From: the human T2T-CHM13v2.0 reference genome, Homo sapiens
DNA length: 64,000 bases
Reading direction: 5' to 3' (one strand)
NCBI RefSeq assembly: GCF_009914755.1
Contig: NC_060941.1
A program made the translations under genes and the position numbers. The notes beneath the pieces were generated by a model that saw nothing but the letters and a program-made list of their open reading frames with translations, was not told the DNA's origin and did no database searches. Shown here piece after piece: positions 57,720 through 64,000 of this stretch; position 1 is the stretch's first letter; every line of letters begins with the position of its first letter.

Positions 57720-58110
57720 TACTATGGACTAAATGTTTATTTTCCCCCAAAATGTGTATGTTGGAGCCCTAGCCCCCAATATAGCTGTATTTGGAGATGG
57801 GGCCTCTAAAGAAGTAATTAAGGTTAAGTGAGGTCATAAGGGTGGGGCCCTGATCCAAAAGGATTAGTGCCCTTATAAGAGACATGGAGAGCACTTATTC
57901 TTGCATGTGCCTGCCTTCCCCTCCACCTCCCATGCACTGAAGAAAGGGCATGTGAGCACACAGGATGAAGGCAGCCATCTGCAACCAGACACCAACCCTG
58001 CTGGCAGTTTGATTTTTGGACTTTCTCTAGAACTGTGAGAAAACAAATTTCTGTTGCTTAAGCCACATTTTTTGTGGTATTTTGCTGTAGCCTAAGTGGA
58101 TTAATAAACT
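57720..58110 (+). mobile_element. MaLR LTR (MLT1A/MST-like) nested in the ERV-L
   Basis: GTATTTGGAGATGGGGCCTCTAAAGAAGTAATTAAGGTTAAGTGAGGTCATAAGGGTGGGGCCCTGATCC. Confidence 0.85.
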
Positions 58111-58774
58111 CCATTTATGAGCACACTGTGCCAGCCCTGTGGGACTGGTAGCAGCTAGCTGGGTCATTCTGCCTAGTGCACTCCTATTGTTCAGTGCCTC
58201 TCCCATGGTGGCTGCTAGGAGCAGGTATTAGCATGTGATGCAAAGATCTTCACATTTCATGTCCATTCCTGTAGATCTATGGACCTATATCTTCCCCATA
58301 CCCCAGGCCTCCCATATTCTAATATTTCTCTTTCCAGGCCTCTGAGCAACCAATGAAGACATTCACTACTGCCATGAGCTCATATATACTTTTGCCTCGA
58401 GCCATGTGTCTCTCTCTACACAAAGCAGATGATCAGCACACTCCCCAAATCTCTAAACATTGGGAGGATTTCCTGTCACTTCTTATTTCAGGGCTAGTCC
58501 TGAGAGAGACTGTAGTTAGCAGAGTTTGTTTTCAGCTTGTAACCACATCAGAGTATAACTTGAGCCATCCATGAACCAGTCTCGGTATTGTTCCTCCTTG
58601 GCCAGCATGGTGGCTCATGTCTGTAATCCCAGCACTAAGGGAGTCTGAGGCAGGCAGATCACCTGAGGTCAGGAGTTCAAGACCAGCCTGGCCAATATGG
58701 CAAAACCGGTCTCCACAAAAATACAAAAATTAGCCAGGTGTGGTGGTGCGCGCCTGTTATTGGGGCTGGCATAA

Positions 58775-59022
<248 letters not shown>

Positions 59023-60818
59023 TGACCTCGTGATCCACCCACCTCAGCCTCCCAAAGTGCTGGGATTACAGGTGTGAGCCACCTCACCTGGCCAATGCAT
59101 TTTCTTCTTTTTTGAGACAGAGTCTTGCTCTGTCACCCAGGCTGGAGTGCAGTGGCACCATCTCAGCTCACTGCAACCTCCACCTCCAGAGTTCAAACCA
59201 TTCTGTCTCAGGCTCCGAAGTAGCTGAGATTACAGGTGTGTGCCATCACACCTGGCTAATTTTTGTATTTTCAGTAGAGACGAGGTTTCGCTATGTTGGC
59301 CAGGCTGATCTCGCTTCTAAAACTATATGATATAATGGGTCGCATGGCCCAAGAAGCAGGACTGCTCATACTGTAACCTGAAACCACTATGGAGCCCTTT
59401 CCTGCCCTAGGCCTCATACAATGCTGGTAGATTTCCTTGTCACTTGGTAAGGTTTAAAGCAGTGTTCCTAAGTAGGTAATATGCTGCCACCAGAGCCCAA
59501 AGAAGCCTGGTAGGCATTATGCTTGCTTCTTAGTCGTGGGAAGTGCAAGATGGAATAATTTGACCTTTACTTTGGAAGGAGATATCCTAGTATGCCTGAA
59601 GCCACTAAAACGTCACTACTGTGGCAGGCCCCTGAATCTTTATAGAACCCTCTGGAACACATGTCTTATCCAGGCCTCCAACAAGTATTTGTATTTCTTG
59701 CTCATCTGGTCCAAATAATATAATGTCATTGATATAGTGGGCCAATGTAATATTCTGGGGTGTTCAGATGGTCAAGTTCCTTTCAGAATTTATTTCTACA
59801 GAATGCAAGAGAGTTAACACAACCCCAGGGCAAGACTGTAAATGTATATTGTTGTCCATCTCACACGAATGTGAACTTCTTCCAGTTAGGAATGGATAAG
59901 AATGCGGCCGGGTGTGGTGGCTCACGCCTGTAATCCTAGCACTTTGGGAGGCTGAGGCGGGTGGATCGCCTGAGGTCAGGAGTTCAAGACCAGCCTGGCC
60001 AACATGACAAAACCCCGTCTCTAGTAAAAAATACAAAAATTAACCGGGCATGGTGTCAGGCACCTATAATCCCACCTACTCAGGAGGCTGAGGCAGGAGA
60101 ATCACTTGAACCCGGGGGGTGGAGGTTGCAGTGAGCCAAGATTACACCACTTCACTCCAGCCTGGGCAAAACAGCAAGACTCCATCTCAAAAACAAACAA
60201 ACAAACAAACAAACAAAATGCATTGGCCAGATTAATGGCTAATACCACACACCTAAAGCCATGTTAATCTGCTCTAACAAAAATACCATTTGTAACCCAG
60301 CAAGCACAACTGGGGCTACTCCTTGGATGAGTTTGCCACATCCTTCAGGATCTGAAGTTCCTGCATTTCTAGCATTTCTATTTCACTTAACAGTGGACCA
60401 CTGCATTCTGGTTAAGGTCAGAATTAAGTGGGGAAAACATTAGTCCTGCATTCGTGAAGTCTTCAAAGGTGGCTTTAATCTCTGCTGTGTTCCCTGGAGT
60501 GTAATACTGTTTTTTATTTACTCTCTTGGATGGAGGAGGAGGGAGTAGTTTTAGAGGTTTCTACTTGGCCTCCTCCACTATGATAGCCCTACTCTTATAG
60601 TCTAAAGAAGAAATTATTGGGAGAAGCAATCTACCCTGGATTCTGAGTATCCCTGCACATTCCTGCTAATATGCTGGGAAGACAAGACCTTGACTTCTCT
60701 CTACTTAGGAGATTTCTCAGGGTTGTACACACAGCAATAAACCTTGAGAGATGAGCTAACATCTACTTCCAGGACAAAGAGTAGACTTGCATACTGCTTA
60801 TAAAAATAGTGGATTCCC

Positions 60819-61452
<634 letters not shown>

Positions 61453-61465
61453 GTGGATTCCCATA

Positions 61466-61816
61466 CAAAGGAATGCGATCATGTCCTTTACAGGGACATG
61501 GATGGAGCTGGAAACCATTATCCTCAGCAAACTAACGCGGGAACAGAAAACTAAACATCGCATGCTCTCATTTCTAAGTGGGAGTTGAATGATGAGAACA
61601 CATGGAAACATGATGGGGAACAACACACACTGGGGCTTATTGGAGGGGGTTTCTGGGAGGGAGAGCATCAGGAAAAATAGCTAATGGATGCTGGGCTTAA
61701 TACCTAGGTGATAGGTTGATCTGGGCAGCAAACCACCATGGCACACGTTCCCCTTTGCAACAAACCTGCACTTTCTGCGCATGTACCCTGGAACTTAAAA
61801 GTTGAAGGAAAAAAAA
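61466..61816 (+). mobile_element. Primate L1 (L1PA/PB) 3' end fragment
   Basis: CATGTCCTTTACAGGGACATGGATGGAGCTGGAAACCATTATCCTCAGCAAACTAAC...GTACCCTGGAACTTAAAA followed by an A-rich end. Confidence 0.92.
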
Positions 61817-62000
61817 TCCTCTGCATCGCCTCTATGGGAACTGGGGGCAAGGGGAACAGATGCAGACATGACACTGATACTGCTTGCTGTGGTCTGATAA
61901 AGTCCTTTGTCTCTGACCCAAGAGTCTCATATTCAACCAACAAACATGAAACAATAACAGGCTAATGGTTTGTAAGGAGGGTAAAATCCTAGTCCCTGAC

Positions 62001-62045
62001 AGCAATGATGGGGAGCAGCAATGATGGGGAGCAGCAATGATGGGG
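62001..62045 (+). repeat. 16-bp tandem repeat (AGCAATGATGGGGAGC) x2.8
   Basis: Direct reading. Confidence 0.9.
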
Positions 62046-62743
62046 TGGTTCTTCCAACTCCCAAGTATTTCCATGTCATATTACATTGGCATTATACATC
62101 TGGAGACAGAAAATCAGGTGGGTCTTTGGACCCACCGTGAACTAGACCTGGGTCAAAGGCTCCATGTATTACCTAGCCCCAATATACTCCCACTTTAACA
62201 GGGAGACCACAGTGACGCTTTGGGTCTCCAGGCATCAGTGTTAACTCAGGCCTTATATCCAACAGCCCTCAAAATGGTTGGGAATTACCCTTTCCTGAGG
62301 AAATGGCCATTGGTTTCCTTGGAGAAGGATTGGGGGAATCACGATCATATACATTTGCTGTGGCACTTCTTCCTGGAAACCTACTCTCTCCTTCAGTCAA
62401 GTTCTGGGTTCTGGGTTATTGGGGTGACTGCCCTCAAACTCCTAATCACCCATCTTTGATTTCTTCTGGTTGTACATATTGAACAATTGGCTTTTTGGCT
62501 GCTCCATCGATCTTGCCCCCGGGAATAAAATGTTCTTTTTTCTTTCCATCTGGCACTTTTATTGTTTCACTTTTTCTGTTTGATTCATTTGAGTAATTTG
62601 GGGGTGTGATATGAACCATGGCTCCAGTTTATATCTTGATGGCTTTCCAATTGCTTCACCATCACCTGATTCCATCACTGGATTTATTCTTTTAGTGAAT
62701 AGTACATCTGTTCCCCATTGATTTGAAATGGCATTTTTGTTAA

Positions 62744-63007
<264 letters not shown>

Positions 63008-64000
63008 TGATCTGCCCACCTTGGCCTCCCAAAGTGCTGGGATTACAGGCGTGAGCCACCACGCCCAGCCAAAACTTCATATTCTTATTAATTTTCTCCA
63101 TAGCTCTCCTTGGATCAGGTCCTCCCTGGTGTCACTCATTATGCTAATTGTGCCCAGCTTGCATCTGAGGGTTAAATGCTATCTCCTGGGATCCTGCCCG
63201 TTACTCTCAGGGAGCCCAGTTCTGTGGCAGCATTTGCTACCATGAACACTGACCCATATGTAACAGCTACAGTGAGTTTCCCAACACGCCAGTGTCCCTC
63301 AGTCAGTGCATTCCTCATTGCTTTCTAAATACAGTGCCCTCTAGACCCTCCCATGCCATAGTAGTCTGGCATTATGCAGAATATCCACTCTAATGTGCCC
63401 ACTGCATTCAGCCTTTTGATCCCTTCCTCCACCATGGTCCATGATAGTTCTAGCATTTCTACTTCACTTACAATGGATCATTGCTTTTTCCAAACTTTGA
63501 GAGGCTACCAAGCAGCTTAAGAGCACCATCACCTGGGATCTTCAATAGTTGTTAAATCTTGTATTATGGGATATTGGCCCCACATCGATAGACTCTGTTA
63601 TCCAATTTTATTCAGTGCTCCTTGATCCACCACCCTCAAGATATAGTGCCAGATGTACTTTGCTGGCTCCTGCTGGAATCTATGATCTAGGTCCTGCAGC
63701 TCCTTTGGCGTATACTGGACCTGAACATGATAGAGAACCCAACCTTCTTTGGAACTTTGCTGCTCTTATAATGAAGGCCCGCTCCTGTTCCTCAGCCTTT
63801 TCTGCTCGCCTGTTGCAGGCGATGAGTCTCTTTATATGCTGCCAAGGAGGGCCTCTGGCTTTCACACTTCAACTTACAGGTGATTAATGACCCTCAGCCT
63901 TTCATGTCTTTCTCCAGTGCAGCAAGAGCCAGAAGAAACAGCCATCTAATTCTCAAGTCCTTATCTTAATATAATTACTATTGCCCTTGAAACTCTCAAA

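Overview
Primate, almost certainly human, non-genic DNA: an Alu carries the AluYb8-type 7-bp duplication. Roughly 80+ Alu elements or fragments make up about a third of the window by eye and explain nearly all short ORFs in the track. They are interleaved with L1, L2, L3/CR1, MIR, DNA transposons, MaLR LTRs, three solo ERV LTRs (LTR3-like, MER61-like, LTR7-like) and a decayed ERV-L provirus at the right end. The only gene-derived sequence is a young, intronless, CpG-rich processed copy of the mitochondrial RNA polymerase gene POLRMT on the minus strand (13797-17527; probably POLRMTP1). It has a poly(A) tail, an 11-bp TSD, no start codon, two +1 frameshifts and one nonsense codon, yet about 2.9 kb of open frame keeps the catalytic residues. 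No intact protein-coding gene, tRNA, rRNA or CRISPR array is supported. Best leads: (1) the retrocopy ORF and the LTR cluster upstream of it; (2) a 230-bp local duplication that I could not assign to any repeat family, inserted with a 10-bp TSD into an L3 element, whose 42-bp invariant core is a TACTAAC branch point plus a 3' splice site; (3) an old AluS whose 3' end looks gene-converted by AluYb8. Repeat family names and the parental POLRMT protein are recalled from memory, not searched, and need RepeatMasker/BLAST confirmation.
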